Shown here one piece after another: positions 47,024 to 58,423 of a stretch of DNA of 64,000 nucleotides. The translations under genes were made by a program, and so were the position numbers. The DNA is from a bacterium. Lineage in GTDB: Bacteria; UBP14; UBA6098; B30-G16. The notes under the pieces are model-generated. The model was not told where the DNA came from, did no database searches, and saw only the letters and a program-made list of their open reading frames with translations. The DNA lies in the NCBI GenBank assembly GCA_021162205.1, contig JAGGZE010000148.1, forward strand, positions 283-64,282. The letters are read 5' to 3'. Every line of letters starts with the position of its first letter. Position 1 is the stretch's first letter.

Positions 47024-50000
47024 ATGCGTAAAGCAATACCGTTTTTATTACTATTTTTCTTAATCTGTTTTGCAGTTCCACCGGGTCCCACCGCAAATAT
47101 GTTTGTGCCTAAAAATGGCGGCTGGGCTGGTTGTGATTTTCAAACAATAAGAATCGCTATCACAGATATTAATAACGATGAAGTCGATACAACTACAATT
47201 CAACTGCGTGTGAATGGGATACTTTATCTATGGCACGATTCTCATTTAGATTGGTCTGATGATTCGGTGCTAATTTTCACTCCTACAAGCGCATTTTCCG
47301 CAAGTGAAACTGTTCGAGTCGTTCTCGAACAGGCAAACACTATGGATGGTCTTCCATTGCAAGCGGGTTCTTATTCGTATGAATTCTATATGGATTTCGA
47401 TTATCCATTTTTTCTGCCAGAAACGAGATATCCTCCACCGGGAACAACCGTCTGCGCCGATGTCGGCAGTATAGCGGTGAAAGTTATGGATACTACATCG
47501 GGAATTCCTTACGATGGCTTATGTATGTGTGTGAATGCCAATCATTATACCTGTTCGCCCAATCGCTCCGATGGATATTGCTGGCAACCGTCTTTGGATA
47601 CTCAATTTGTCTATGTCGATTCGACTTTTTACATTAAATGGAATTATTTTACATCGTTCGACGATGAAGATTCGATTACCGCTTGTCTGCATAAAGCTGT
47701 CGATTATGTTACGAACGATTATGCCGATAGTTTAATTTGTGGTCCTCACTGGTTCGACACGACCGATGTTCAACAATGTTGGACATTTATTAAGGACTGC
47801 ATCGGACCGCGAGCGTATTTGATTTTTCCCGGTATCGATGATACCACCGCTTGCGATTCGATTGTTATCGGATTTATAGATTTTTCCGGCGTGGATACAA
47901 TGCTTATAAAAATGAGCATTACCGGTATTTTCCCATTTCCGCAGGTTAATGTTTCACCGGATTTTAATGCCTCCGCCGATGGTGATACAGCTTATTTTGT
48001 AGGGACTCTCGGCGAGGGAAATATATCGATGCGTTTGATGCAGGTGCGTGATAAAGCTGGAAATACTTCGAGCACGAGTTCATTCCCAATTTGGAGCATT
48101 TATGTGGATAAATCGGCACCCGTTGCATCGTCGCCATTGCCACCCGATGGTTCGACAGCGGGGTCATCCACACCATCTGTATCTATCGCTGTCAGTGATG
48201 TATATACTGCACCAGAACCAAATTCGATGGAATTAGAAATCGATGGTGTTCATTATAACTATCCACATCCCGCACTGTCGTGGGATGGTTCACGATTGAC
48301 TTTCTCGTCATCTGTGGCTGGTGTTTCTTTTTCTGATGGCGATACGGTAGATGTTTGCTTGAATTCCGCTTGTGATATTGTTCCATCCGACAAGTGTGGA
48401 CCGAATTGCATCACAACACCGTTTTGCTGGAGTTTTACAATCGACCAAGGGGGACCCCGGGCTGAACTGATTTCGCCACCCGATAGCATATATACCGCTT
48501 GCGCCGACCAAAATATCATTCTGCATATATGGGACCCAAGTGGTGTGAATCCATTATCTATTGTGCTTGGTGTCGAGGGAACAACATACGATTCACTTGA
48601 TAATATGATTTATTCTAACGATACTTTGATATTCACTCCACCATCGAACTGGACAAATGGTCAGGAAATCGATTGGGCACTCACCGCAGCGGATGATATA
48701 ATAGGTAATCCACTTGCAACACCGATTTCCGGAATTTTTTATGTAGATTTACTACCGCCATTTGTAACTAATATTCAGCCATTTGCAGGAACAAGGTTCG
48801 GTCCATCTTATCTCACTGCAATCTGGACACTTATCGACCCGCAGGCTGGCGTCGACCCAACTACTGCGATAGTGTCGGTTCAGGGAAATAATTATCCATA
48901 TCCGGGTGGATTTAGCTGGGATGGCTCAGATTTAGATTTCAACCTCGCATTCACGAGCTTATCCTTTTCCGATGGTGAAACCGTGCAGGTTTGTCTGCAT
49001 ATCGGAGATTCGATTACCGCTCAATTCTGCGGACCGAACTGGCGGGATACCTGCACATATTTTATCGCAGACCTCGCAGGACCGGTAGCGGATATGATTT
49101 ATCCACCAGAATCCACGATTACCGCTTGCGCAAACGGAGAAATAAAAATCTACACAAGCGATATCGATGGAATAGAGCAAAGTTCGGTTCAATTGAATAT
49201 CGATGGCACGACATATTTCGATGCATCGCCCGAAATTTCGTGGTCGGATGATACGATTATTTTCACACCATCGACACCATTTGTTCACGGCGATACTGTC
49301 GATGTGCGACTTATTATGCTTTCAGATACTCTCGGCAACAATATTTCGAGTTCATTCGATTGGGTATTTTATATAGATATCGAGCCGCCGCAGTTGACAG
49401 CGTATAATCCGCCCAATAATGGCGAGGTATCTAATACATCGCCGACAATCAGATTCTGGCTCGACGATGTTTCCGCAGGAGTCGATACCACAACGATTAC
49501 GATAAGAATCGATGGAGCAGAATATAATGTCGGAAGCCCCGGCTGCGCCTGGTCTGGTGGACAGATTATTTTCGATTGTGCTGGAGCGGGTTTATCATTC
49601 GGCGATGGCGATACTGTCGATGTATGTTTTGTTTCGGCATCGGATTTGGTAAATTCGAGTCTTTGTGGACCGAATACAACAAATCCCGATTCCTGCTGGT
49701 TTTTCCGAATAGACCTATCGGGACCGACAACCGATTTGATTTTGCCGTTGGATGGTTCATATACATCGTGTGCGAATCAAGAAATTTGGGTTTATCTTTA
49801 TGATGACCAGGGGATATTTCCCGAAAGCACAGCGGTTCGTGTCAACGACGATACACTTTATGCTTGGCTCGGTGAACTGACCACACACGGCGATACTGCA
49901 ATTTATTCGCCCGCTGTTCCATTTACCGATGGTGAAATTGTCAATGTGCAGGTGGTTCACGCGACCGATTCACTCGGCAATACAATGACCGGTGGTGATA

Positions 50001-53000
50001 TATGGACATTCATAGTGGATTTGAATCCACCTACATGGATTTCAACCGACCCATCGCCCGCATCGTTTGTAGCATCGGGTTCGCCCACTATTTCAATCGC
50101 ATTTGTCGATTCCGTTTCGGGAGTTAATCCAACGAGTCTTAATATAACTATCGAGGGAAGTCCTTATGTGGGTATGCTGCCGGGGATTAACTGGGTCGAC
50201 CCCGCATTCGATATCGAGCTTGCGATGCTTGGATATTCTTTCGGCAATGGCGATACAATAGATTTTTGTTTCAATTCACTCGGTGACCTTTCAGCATATT
50301 GCGGTTCCAATGACCTTGCTCCCGATAGTTGCTGGCAATATTTCGTCGATTTGATAGGTCCAAGCGCAGATATAATTTATCCTGCAGACAGCTCATTTTT
50401 CGGATGTCCATCGGGGACTTTGGTTGTTTTGCTCTACGATAATTTCGGTATCGTAGAATCCACAGTTACATTGAATATTTCCAGTGTGCCATATACGATT
50501 ACTTCACCGCAAATGTGGATAAACGACGATACTATTTACTTCATACCATCGGCGGGATGGACAGATGGCGATACAATCATTGTTCAGGTTTCATCGGCGG
50601 AGGATTTTGCTGGAAATCCGATTACTTCGGGTGGTCCATGGCAATTCTATATCGACTTTTCGGGACCGCAAATTATTTCAGCGAATCCACCGAGCGGTTC
50701 GATATTGTCCAATCCAACACCGACAATATCTGCGGATATTCAGGATGATGGAGCGGGTATCGATGGCGGTTCAATCGATGTATTTGTAGATGGCTCTCCT
50801 GTAACCACAGGTGTTTCCTATTCTGCGGGAACTATAACAGTCGATTTTGCTGCTGCGGGATTATCTTATTCCTCGGGAGATACGATTGCGGTCTGTTATG
50901 GCGGCGACGACCTCGTTCTTTCGCAATATTGCGGACCGAACAGCGGCGATACCGCTTGTTTCCAATACATTTTCGATACAAATGGTCCGACTGCGAGTGT
51001 AATCGAACCTGTTCCAGGAAATTATACCACTTGCTCCGACCAAAATATATTGATTCGACTTGTCGATGATTTCGGCGTAAATAATTCATCGATTCATCTT
51101 CGAGTAAACGGTATGAATTATACGCTTACGGATTCAAATCTCACTTATATCGGCGATTCATTGCTTCAATTTTATCCACCCGATTCGCTGCCCGAGGGTG
51201 AAAATTTCGTAACACTATGGGGTGTTGCAGATGGCTCTGGCAATGTTCTCGCAAGCGATTCGTTGACATTCTCATTTTTCGTCGATTACACTCCACCTTA
51301 TATAACATCTACTTTGCCATTACCGGGGACTGTTGTTCCCGACAGCGAAATTATTATTCAAGTCGGGCTTGCAGATGATGGCAGTGGAGTGAAAGATTCG
51401 TCGATTACATTTACTGTAAATGGTGCGGTGTTCACTCTTGCCGATGGCTGTCTCGGCTGGGATGGCAGCACAGCTACATTGACACTCGCCGCTTGCGGAA
51501 TTTTATTTTCCGATGGCGATACTATTCGGGCTTGCGTTCGTGCAAGTGATAATCCCGATTATTGTTCGCCGAATAATATGAGCGATAGCTGCTGGTCGTT
51601 TTTGATTTCATTCGAGGGACCCGCTGTCGAAATTCTTGCGCCCACCGACTGGCAGACGAGTGCCTGCGACGACCAACCGATTTTCGTTCAGATTACCGAT
51701 GGCAATGGAATCGATGAGAGTTCGATTCAAATGATTGTCGATGGAAGCACATATACTACCGCTAATCCCGAACTTTCGTTTTACAACGATACGCTTAGAT
51801 TTATTCCATCTACGAACTGGACCGATGGCGAGACGGTTTCTGTTACATTGGTTTCGGCGAATGATGTGGTCGGCACACCGAGCAGCGACACACCGATTTC
51901 GTGGAGTTTTATAATCGACCTTTCGCCGCCTTATGTTTCGGGTGTGCATCCGCCCGCTGGCACATCGTTCTCCACCGGCGATGCCGATATCGCGGTCACT
52001 CTCACAGATGATATATCGGGCGCAAATCCTTATACTATCCGAGTTCAAATCGGTGCATATATGTTCACTTATCCCGCAGGCGATATGACCTACGATGGCG
52101 ATACATTATATTTTTCATTATCGGGACTTGGAATTATACCATTGGATGGCGATAGTTTAACGATTTGCGTGCAAAATACTCAGGATAATCCAGATTATTG
52201 CGACCCGAACACGATGACACCGTATTGTTTCAGCTATTATTTCGACTATCGCGGTCCGCAGGTGAATTTGATGTTTCCGCCGGAATCGGTATATGTTAGT
52301 TGCATAGATTCATCGATAATATGGACGGTCTGGGATGCCGCCGGTATCGATAGCCCATCGGTTCTCGTGAATATAGATGGCACAACAATCGATTTGACAT
52401 CGCCGCACCTTTCACTTTCGGGAACCTATTTGATTTTCAATCCCGATACGACTTTCACCGAGGGTGTTATGTTTCCTGTGGAAATCGTTTCTGTCGATGA
52501 TGGTGTCGGAAATACCACAGGACCACTTACTTGGTGGGTCGGTTTCGATACCACAGGACCCGTTCTATCCGACCCAGACCCTGCCGATGGCGGAGTGGCA
52601 TCCATCGCGACGCCTGTCATTTCGGTTGCTATCGATGATAATGCATCGGGAGTCTATCCATATTGGGCGAGAATGATAATAAACGATACCGATACTATTC
52701 ATGCAGTTGTCGGCGATATGAGTTGGGATGGTTTGCGACTTTCCGCAGATTTGGAAGCACTCGGAATATTTTTGCCCGGTGGCGAGACCACAACTGTTTG
52801 CATCGACAGTGTATTCGATAATGCTTATGCTTGCGGAAGAAATCTAAGCGAACAATTCTGCTGGAATTTCCGTGTCGATGAGGGCGGACCTATCCCGATA
52901 CTTATTTCACCGCCCGATGGTGCTATTTCATCATGCGATGACGATACAATTAAAATACTTCTGCGGGATAATAACGGCGTAGATTGGGTATCTACATCGC

Positions 53001-56000
53001 TTTCTGTCGATGGTGTCGAATATCCTGTGACTGTTGCTCCCTGCTTGATACTCGACGATTCCACTCTCGCATTTGTGCCATCGATTCCATTTTCCGATGG
53101 CGATACTGTTGAATTCTTCATCAGCGAATCCGCCGATACATTTGGTCATACGAGTTCGACACTTCCGCACTGGCAAATCGTAATCGACACATCTCCGCCA
53201 TATCCGTATCTACTCGAACCGACTGCCGGCGAATTTATCGATGACGATTGGCTTTGTGTGCTTCACGACAACATTGCTGGAATCGACACCGAATCCATCG
53301 ATGTCACTGTAAATGCTTTTTCGGCGACATATACATTGGATATAGATAGCGTGATACTCGATTTGAGTATTTTCAGTTTTTCCGATACCGATAGCGTGGA
53401 AATTTGTATCACTGTCGATGACCTTGTGAACTGGTGTCCGCCGAATGAACTCGATGAATGCTATCATTATTATATCGACAGGACAGAACCTTCGGCGTCG
53501 TTGATTTCGCCCTTTGCGGGAGCGATTTCCGCCTGCGATGACCAAACTGCCGAATGGATTATTCAGGATTATTTTGGCATAGATAATGCCACAATTTTAG
53601 TCGAATACAATGGCGATACAATCGGTATCGATGACCCGAGACTGACGATTTCGGGCGATACATTGATTTTTACTCCCATCGGTCTTTCCGATGGCGATAC
53701 TGTCCGCGCAACTTTGATTTCCGCATCGGATAATGCTGGCAATACTGCGAGCATCGGTTCTTCGGTATGGTATGTAATAGATTTATCGCCGCCGATATTC
53801 ACGGGTTCGATGCCTGTGGATAGTTCATCTGTCGGCGACCCTTCGCCGACTATACGAATTTATCTCGATGATGAAATCGCTGGTGTTAATGCTGGTTCTA
53901 TTTCAATAACAGTCGATGGTTCACCTGTATTACCTGCGTGGGATGGCTCTGCTGCGGTAATCGATTGCTCGGCACTTGGAATTATATTCGACGATGGCGA
54001 TACTGTGCAAGTATGTTTCAGCGCTGCGGATATGCCAGATTTATGTCCTGCTAATACTATGGCTGAAACTTGCATCGTATTTTTTATCAATCTATCTGGT
54101 CCGATGGCAAATATTATCGAGCCGATGCCAAATTCATATATTGCCTGCGATGATGGCGAACAGCATATTTTAATGACAATTTTTGACACCGATGGTGTAG
54201 ATGATAGCAGCATTTCATTCGTTATAAACGGCGATACAATCGATTTGGCAAGCCCCGAATTAAACTATTCCAACGATACTTTAACATACATCCCATCGAC
54301 AGCGTGGGTGGATGGCGAAACTGTTCATTGTGTTCTTAATTCGGTTCAGGATTCCATCGGAAATGTGCTGGCATCACCAATCGAGTGGAATTTCATTGTC
54401 GATTTATCGCCACCCGAATTCACTTCACCGATTCCCGCTATCGGCTCGACAGTCCCGAATTTGACAGGTGGAATATCGCTTTCGATTTCAGACATCGGTT
54501 CCGGCGTTAATGACAGTTCGATTCAAATCTGGATTGTCGGCGGAACGGACACATTTACACTCTCGACAGGACTTGTTTGGGATGGTATCGATGCTAATAT
54601 TCCCGAATCGCTTTTGTCCTCGCTATCATCGGGGCTTATAAATATCTGTGCCGCGGCATCGGATTTGCCCGACTACTGTGCAGCTAATTCAGATACATTC
54701 TGTTGGAATTTCACACTATCCGGTGAAGGACCGAATGCGGATGCGATTTCACCACTGCCTATGCAAATCATCTCCTGCGATGAGGGCGAACAGCAGATTT
54801 CGATTTATCTTCATTCAGATGATGGAATCGATATGGATAGTATAGATTTACAGGTGAATCACATATCGGTTTCAGGGACTTATGTTAACGATACTTTGAC
54901 ATATATTCCATCTGCTTCTTGGGCGGATGGCGAAACGGTTTTCGTTCATCTCGATGCCGAAGATATATATGGTGTTTCGCTTTCCGCTCCATTGGAATAC
55001 TGGTTCGTTGTGGATATGACCGCTCCTGTGTTCGATTTCGGTTCTATGACCTTTTTCCCGACTGGCTCGGTGAATATCGGTTTATCCGATACCATTGCCG
55101 GTGTGGATACTTCATCTGTCGAGGCGTATATATGGACAAATTCTGCGCCTGCAGATACTTTCATACCCTCGATTACTTATTCCGATGACACACTTCATCT
55201 CGATATATTATCCGCTCATCCATATTTCAGATTCGGCGATACTGTGAATTTTTGCATTTCAGCCGGCGACTTGGCTCAAATTTGCGGTGCTAATGAAGCG
55301 TTCGTATGCACATCGGCGGTAATCGAACCGATTTCCATTTTAATGCCTTTCGATGGTGCTATTACATCTTGCGACGACCAATCGATTTCCGTTGTATTGC
55401 CTGTGCCTGCGGGACTTAACGATTTTTTAGTGATTGTGAACGATGATTCTATCGGTGCAATCGATGTGGAACTTTTCGGTGATACTGTCCTTTATACGCC
55501 GACAACTCTATATTTTAGCGGTGAAATTGTCAATGTCGAAATCGTCAGTGCATTCGATGTATCGGGTCTCGAAATTCACTGCGACAATGTATTTCGTTTC
55601 ACTATCGACCTCGACCCGCCTGTTGTGATTCCAATATCACCGGCACCTGGTTCGGGAATCGTCGAGCCATCGCCGATAATATCTGCAATTTTAAGCGATT
55701 CTATCGCAGGAGTGAATTCTTCGACTATTCAAATTATATTAAATGGAACGGATACATTCACAATCGATTCCGCTGCGGTGGATTACAGCGATGATACTCT
55801 CGATTTGGATTGTATGGTTGCAGGACTTACTTTTGCGAATGATGAAACTGTGCAGGTTTGCATAGCCGCTGTGGATTCACCCGATTACTGCGAGCCCAAT
55901 GCTATGCCTGCACCGTATTGCTGGCTGTTCTATGTAAATTTCGAGGGACCATCGGCGGAACTCGAATTTCCTACAATCGGTTCGTCGGTTGCCTGTGAGG

Positions 56001-58423
56001 ATACCGCTATCGTGATTTTCCTCGACGATGAGGATGGCATAAATGAAAGTTCTATCGAGTTCGAGGTCGATGGTATCACATACACTACGGATTCTGCCGG
56101 ACTTTCATTCTCGGGAGATACCCTGTATTACTCGATTGGTTCGACTTACGATGGCGATACGGTTCATTTTTCGCTTGTAGAGGCATCGGATTCCGATGGC
56201 AATTTGCTTGCAGCGCCGCTTACGGGATGGTTTATATTCGACCTTGCTCCACCGTATTTAGACAGTTGGTCGCCATTAACCACGACAGAGACATCGCCGA
56301 CAATTTGGTTTGTGCTTATCGATAGTGTCAGCGGAATCGATTGGACATCGTTGAATGTTGTAATCGGTAGCTCGGTTTTCGATACATCGTCGCCGGCGCT
56401 AACTATTTCAGGCGATACTGTCTATTTCGATTGTTCTATTGCGGGAATCGTTTTCGATGTCGGCGATACGAGTATTTTCTTCAGCGTATCCGACCAACCT
56501 GATTTCTGCGGTTCGCACTCGCTCGATACATTCTTTGTGATTACGATTTTGCCGAGTGGCGATGGACCGATTGCAAATCTAATTCAACCAGATAGCGGTT
56601 CGGTTATTTCTTGCGATGGTGGAAATATCGCATTTGTGGTTCAGGGACCTTATGATATTCTCGAGGATTCACTTGGATTGGTTATCGGCGATACATTGCG
56701 ATTGGTGAACGCATATACTCCGCCGGGTTTAACAGTTTCCGCTGTGGGCGATACCGTGCGGTTCAATTTTCCTGGAACTTTCGCAAATGGCGATACTGTG
56801 CAGTTCTCACCGATTGGATACGATGAATTTTTCACTCCTGTGGCATCTGTGGAATGGTTTTTCGTAATCGATTTAGAGCCGCCTATAAATACTTTAATTC
56901 AGCCGATTTCACAGACAACAAATTCGCTCGCACCTATCGAAATCGGTATTTTAGATAATATAGCGGGAGTTCTATCTGATTCGATATTTATTACAATAAT
57001 TACTCCGCGAGGGAACTGGCAATTTACTGTCGATTCTCTCGGTGCAAACTGGGATGGCTCGACATTCACAATCGACCCAGATGTTGTCAATGGTTCTGCA
57101 CCTTGGACACCCATAGACGATTCGACATTGCTATATTTCCACGAGAACGAAACGCTATATGTTTCGGTGCAATCCTGCGATAGTGCGCAATTGTGTGGTG
57201 CGAACTGTTCCGACGATACGCTGATGTTCTACACGAACGATGACGATACGATTCCACCGGATTTAATCGGTTGGGCACCCGAAAGCGTTTATGCTGGAAC
57301 AGATTTCGATTTGTCGATTTATGTTTCGGATTCATCGGGACTCGGACCCTGCTGTTTCGCTATTGTCGATGGCGAAACTTTGAGTGTTGTTATAATTCCC
57401 GATGGCGATTCGTTCATTGTGAATATTTTAGGTTTGACCGCACCTGCTCCAGATGAAACATTGTGGATTCAAATTAACCTTTGCGATGACGATTTCGATT
57501 TCGAGAATATCGAAGATAGAATAGATACATTTTATAATATTCCAATAATCTCGATTGCCGGTCAAGGACCGGTTGTTCGGTTTATTCAGCCGCTCGATAG
57601 CGAATATATTTCCTGTGCCGATGGTCCGATTATAGCGCTCGTTTCCGATAGCGATGGCGTAAATACATTATCGGTTGTGTTTGTCGAGGGAATAGATACA
57701 CTACCGATTATATGGAATGGTGATACTGTGAATATTTCACCGCTCACTCCGTGGTCCAATGGCGATATTGTGAATATTTCATTGATTCACAGCGAGGATA
57801 TTATCGGAAATATCGGCGATACAACGGAAATTACATTCACTGTCGATTTGACTCCACCTGAAATCTCGCTAATTTCACCCGACACGGGAATAATCGATGG
57901 CGATGAAACTGCCCGGTTCGATATTTTAGATTCACTTTCGGGTGTCGGTGAAATATACGGTATAATCGGTTCGGATACGATTTTGCTGGATGTCGATAAT
58001 CCATCGATTTCGCTTGCGGGATATGGTGCTTTTAGCGAGACATTGAACATAGAAATATACGCTTGCGATAATGCTTTATATTGCGGAGCGAATTGTGATA
58101 GCGCTAATTTCTGGTTTATTCCTGCGCCGCAAACTCACTGTGATGCTTATCCGATTCCATTTACGCCTAACAACGACGGTGTGAACGATTATATCTATTT
58201 CGACTATCCCGATATGGTTAAAGATGGTGCAACCGTTTCGATATTGACTGTCGATGGAATGATGGTGCGCAAAATCGACCTTTCGCCATCGTTACCGAGA
58301 ACAACAGCTCTTTGGGATGGCACAAACGATAATGGCGACCCATTGCCTCCCGGAATATATATATATGTTGTTTCGAGAGATGGACGGGTTCTATGCAAAG
58401 GTAGTATTGCACTTGCGAGATGA
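47024..58423 (+). CDS. Giant (3799 aa) secreted repetitive surface protein with a T9SS type-B C-terminal domain
   Basis: Signal peptide 'MRKAIPFLLLFFLICFA'. About 16 tandem ~208-aa units with recurring 'GPxAxLIxPxxxxYTACxDQxI…VDGTTY…DGxxVxV', 'DLxPP…SGVDxxSI…GDTVxVC…CGPN…CW'. C-terminus 'PFTPNNDGVNDYIYFDYP…WDGTNDNGDPLPPGIYIYVV'. Confidence 0.85.
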   Translation: MRKAIPFLLLFFLICFAVPPGPTANMFVPKNGGWAGCDFQTIRIAITDINNDEVDTTTIQLRVNGILYLWHDSHLDWSDDSVLIFTPTSAFSASETVRVVLEQANTMDGLPLQAGSYSYEFYMDFDYPFFLPETRYPPPGTTVCADVGSIAVKVMDTTSGIPYDGLCMCVNANHYTCSPNRSDGYCWQPSLDTQFVYVDSTFYIKWNYFTSFDDEDSITACLHKAVDYVTNDYADSLICGPHWFDTTDVQQCWTFIKDCIGPRAYLIFPGIDDTTACDSIVIGFIDFSGVDTMLIKMSITGIFPFPQVNVSPDFNASADGDTAYFVGTLGEGNISMRLMQVRDKAGNTSSTSSFPIWSIYVDKSAPVASSPLPPDGSTAGSSTPSVSIAVSDVYTAPEPNSMELEIDGVHYNYPHPALSWDGSRLTFSSSVAGVSFSDGDTVDVCLNSACDIVPSDKCGPNCITTPFCWSFTIDQGGPRAELISPPDSIYTACADQNIILHIWDPSGVNPLSIVLGVEGTTYDSLDNMIYSNDTLIFTPPSNWTNGQEIDWALTAADDIIGNPLATPISGIFYVDLLPPFVTNIQPFAGTRFGPSYLTAIWTLIDPQAGVDPTTAIVSVQGNNYPYPGGFSWDGSDLDFNLAFTSLSFSDGETVQVCLHIGDSITAQFCGPNWRDTCTYFIADLAGPVADMIYPPESTITACANGEIKIYTSDIDGIEQSSVQLNIDGTTYFDASPEISWSDDTIIFTPSTPFVHGDTVDVRLIMLSDTLGNNISSSFDWVFYIDIEPPQLTAYNPPNNGEVSNTSPTIRFWLDDVSAGVDTTTITIRIDGAEYNVGSPGCAWSGGQIIFDCAGAGLSFGDGDTVDVCFVSASDLVNSSLCGPNTTNPDSCWFFRIDLSGPTTDLILPLDGSYTSCANQEIWVYLYDDQGIFPESTAVRVNDDTLYAWLGELTTHGDTAIYSPAVPFTDGEIVNVQVVHATDSLGNTMTGGDIWTFIVDLNPPTWISTDPSPASFVASGSPTISIAFVDSVSGVNPTSLNITIEGSPYVGMLPGINWVDPAFDIELAMLGYSFGNGDTIDFCFNSLGDLSAYCGSNDLAPDSCWQYFVDLIGPSADIIYPADSSFFGCPSGTLVVLLYDNFGIVESTVTLNISSVPYTITSPQMWINDDTIYFIPSAGWTDGDTIIVQVSSAEDFAGNPITSGGPWQFYIDFSGPQIISANPPSGSILSNPTPTISADIQDDGAGIDGGSIDVFVDGSPVTTGVSYSAGTITVDFAAAGLSYSSGDTIAVCYGGDDLVLSQYCGPNSGDTACFQYIFDTNGPTASVIEPVPGNYTTCSDQNILIRLVDDFGVNNSSIHLRVNGMNYTLTDSNLTYIGDSLLQFYPPDSLPEGENFVTLWGVADGSGNVLASDSLTFSFFVDYTPPYITSTLPLPGTVVPDSEIIIQVGLADDGSGVKDSSITFTVNGAVFTLADGCLGWDGSTATLTLAACGILFSDGDTIRACVRASDNPDYCSPNNMSDSCWSFLISFEGPAVEILAPTDWQTSACDDQPIFVQITDGNGIDESSIQMIVDGSTYTTANPELSFYNDTLRFIPSTNWTDGETVSVTLVSANDVVGTPSSDTPISWSFIIDLSPPYVSGVHPPAGTSFSTGDADIAVTLTDDISGANPYTIRVQIGAYMFTYPAGDMTYDGDTLYFSLSGLGIIPLDGDSLTICVQNTQDNPDYCDPNTMTPYCFSYYFDYRGPQVNLMFPPESVYVSCIDSSIIWTVWDAAGIDSPSVLVNIDGTTIDLTSPHLSLSGTYLIFNPDTTFTEGVMFPVEIVSVDDGVGNTTGPLTWWVGFDTTGPVLSDPDPADGGVASIATPVISVAIDDNASGVYPYWARMIINDTDTIHAVVGDMSWDGLRLSADLEALGIFLPGGETTTVCIDSVFDNAYACGRNLSEQFCWNFRVDEGGPIPILISPPDGAISSCDDDTIKILLRDNNGVDWVSTSLSVDGVEYPVTVAPCLILDDSTLAFVPSIPFSDGDTVEFFISESADTFGHTSSTLPHWQIVIDTSPPYPYLLEPTAGEFIDDDWLCVLHDNIAGIDTESIDVTVNAFSATYTLDIDSVILDLSIFSFSDTDSVEICITVDDLVNWCPPNELDECYHYYIDRTEPSASLISPFAGAISACDDQTAEWIIQDYFGIDNATILVEYNGDTIGIDDPRLTISGDTLIFTPIGLSDGDTVRATLISASDNAGNTASIGSSVWYVIDLSPPIFTGSMPVDSSSVGDPSPTIRIYLDDEIAGVNAGSISITVDGSPVLPAWDGSAAVIDCSALGIIFDDGDTVQVCFSAADMPDLCPANTMAETCIVFFINLSGPMANIIEPMPNSYIACDDGEQHILMTIFDTDGVDDSSISFVINGDTIDLASPELNYSNDTLTYIPSTAWVDGETVHCVLNSVQDSIGNVLASPIEWNFIVDLSPPEFTSPIPAIGSTVPNLTGGISLSISDIGSGVNDSSIQIWIVGGTDTFTLSTGLVWDGIDANIPESLLSSLSSGLINICAAASDLPDYCAANSDTFCWNFTLSGEGPNADAISPLPMQIISCDEGEQQISIYLHSDDGIDMDSIDLQVNHISVSGTYVNDTLTYIPSASWADGETVFVHLDAEDIYGVSLSAPLEYWFVVDMTAPVFDFGSMTFFPTGSVNIGLSDTIAGVDTSSVEAYIWTNSAPADTFIPSITYSDDTLHLDILSAHPYFRFGDTVNFCISAGDLAQICGANEAFVCTSAVIEPISILMPFDGAITSCDDQSISVVLPVPAGLNDFLVIVNDDSIGAIDVELFGDTVLYTPTTLYFSGEIVNVEIVSAFDVSGLEIHCDNVFRFTIDLDPPVVIPISPAPGSGIVEPSPIISAILSDSIAGVNSSTIQIILNGTDTFTIDSAAVDYSDDTLDLDCMVAGLTFANDETVQVCIAAVDSPDYCEPNAMPAPYCWLFYVNFEGPSAELEFPTIGSSVACEDTAIVIFLDDEDGINESSIEFEVDGITYTTDSAGLSFSGDTLYYSIGSTYDGDTVHFSLVEASDSDGNLLAAPLTGWFIFDLAPPYLDSWSPLTTTETSPTIWFVLIDSVSGIDWTSLNVVIGSSVFDTSSPALTISGDTVYFDCSIAGIVFDVGDTSIFFSVSDQPDFCGSHSLDTFFVITILPSGDGPIANLIQPDSGSVISCDGGNIAFVVQGPYDILEDSLGLVIGDTLRLVNAYTPPGLTVSAVGDTVRFNFPGTFANGDTVQFSPIGYDEFFTPVASVEWFFVIDLEPPINTLIQPISQTTNSLAPIEIGILDNIAGVLSDSIFITIITPRGNWQFTVDSLGANWDGSTFTIDPDVVNGSAPWTPIDDSTLLYFHENETLYVSVQSCDSAQLCGANCSDDTLMFYTNDDDTIPPDLIGWAPESVYAGTDFDLSIYVSDSSGLGPCCFAIVDGETLSVVIIPDGDSFIVNILGLTAPAPDETLWIQINLCDDDFDFENIEDRIDTFYNIPIISIAGQGPVVRFIQPLDSEYISCADGPIIALVSDSDGVNTLSVVFVEGIDTLPIIWNGDTVNISPLTPWSNGDIVNISLIHSEDIIGNIGDTTEITFTVDLTPPEISLISPDTGIIDGDETARFDILDSLSGVGEIYGIIGSDTILLDVDNPSISLAGYGAFSETLNIEIYACDNALYCGANCDSANFWFIPAPQTHCDAYPIPFTPNNDGVNDYIYFDYPDMVKDGATVSILTVDGMMVRKIDLSPSLPRTTALWDGTNDNGDPLPPGIYIYVVSRDGRVLCKGSIALAR
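47800..58100 (+). repeat. Internal tandem array of about 16 diverged ~625-bp (~208-aa) di-domain repeats within the giant gene
   Basis: Anchors 'GP[RVTSAQIMN]…[LIM]…P' recur at ~47813, 48455, 49081, 49712, 50358, 50985, 51615, 52253, 52880, 53490, 54100, 54730, 55325, 55950, 56565 and 57560. The nucleotide sequences have diverged, so this is not a recent duplication. Confidence 0.7.
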
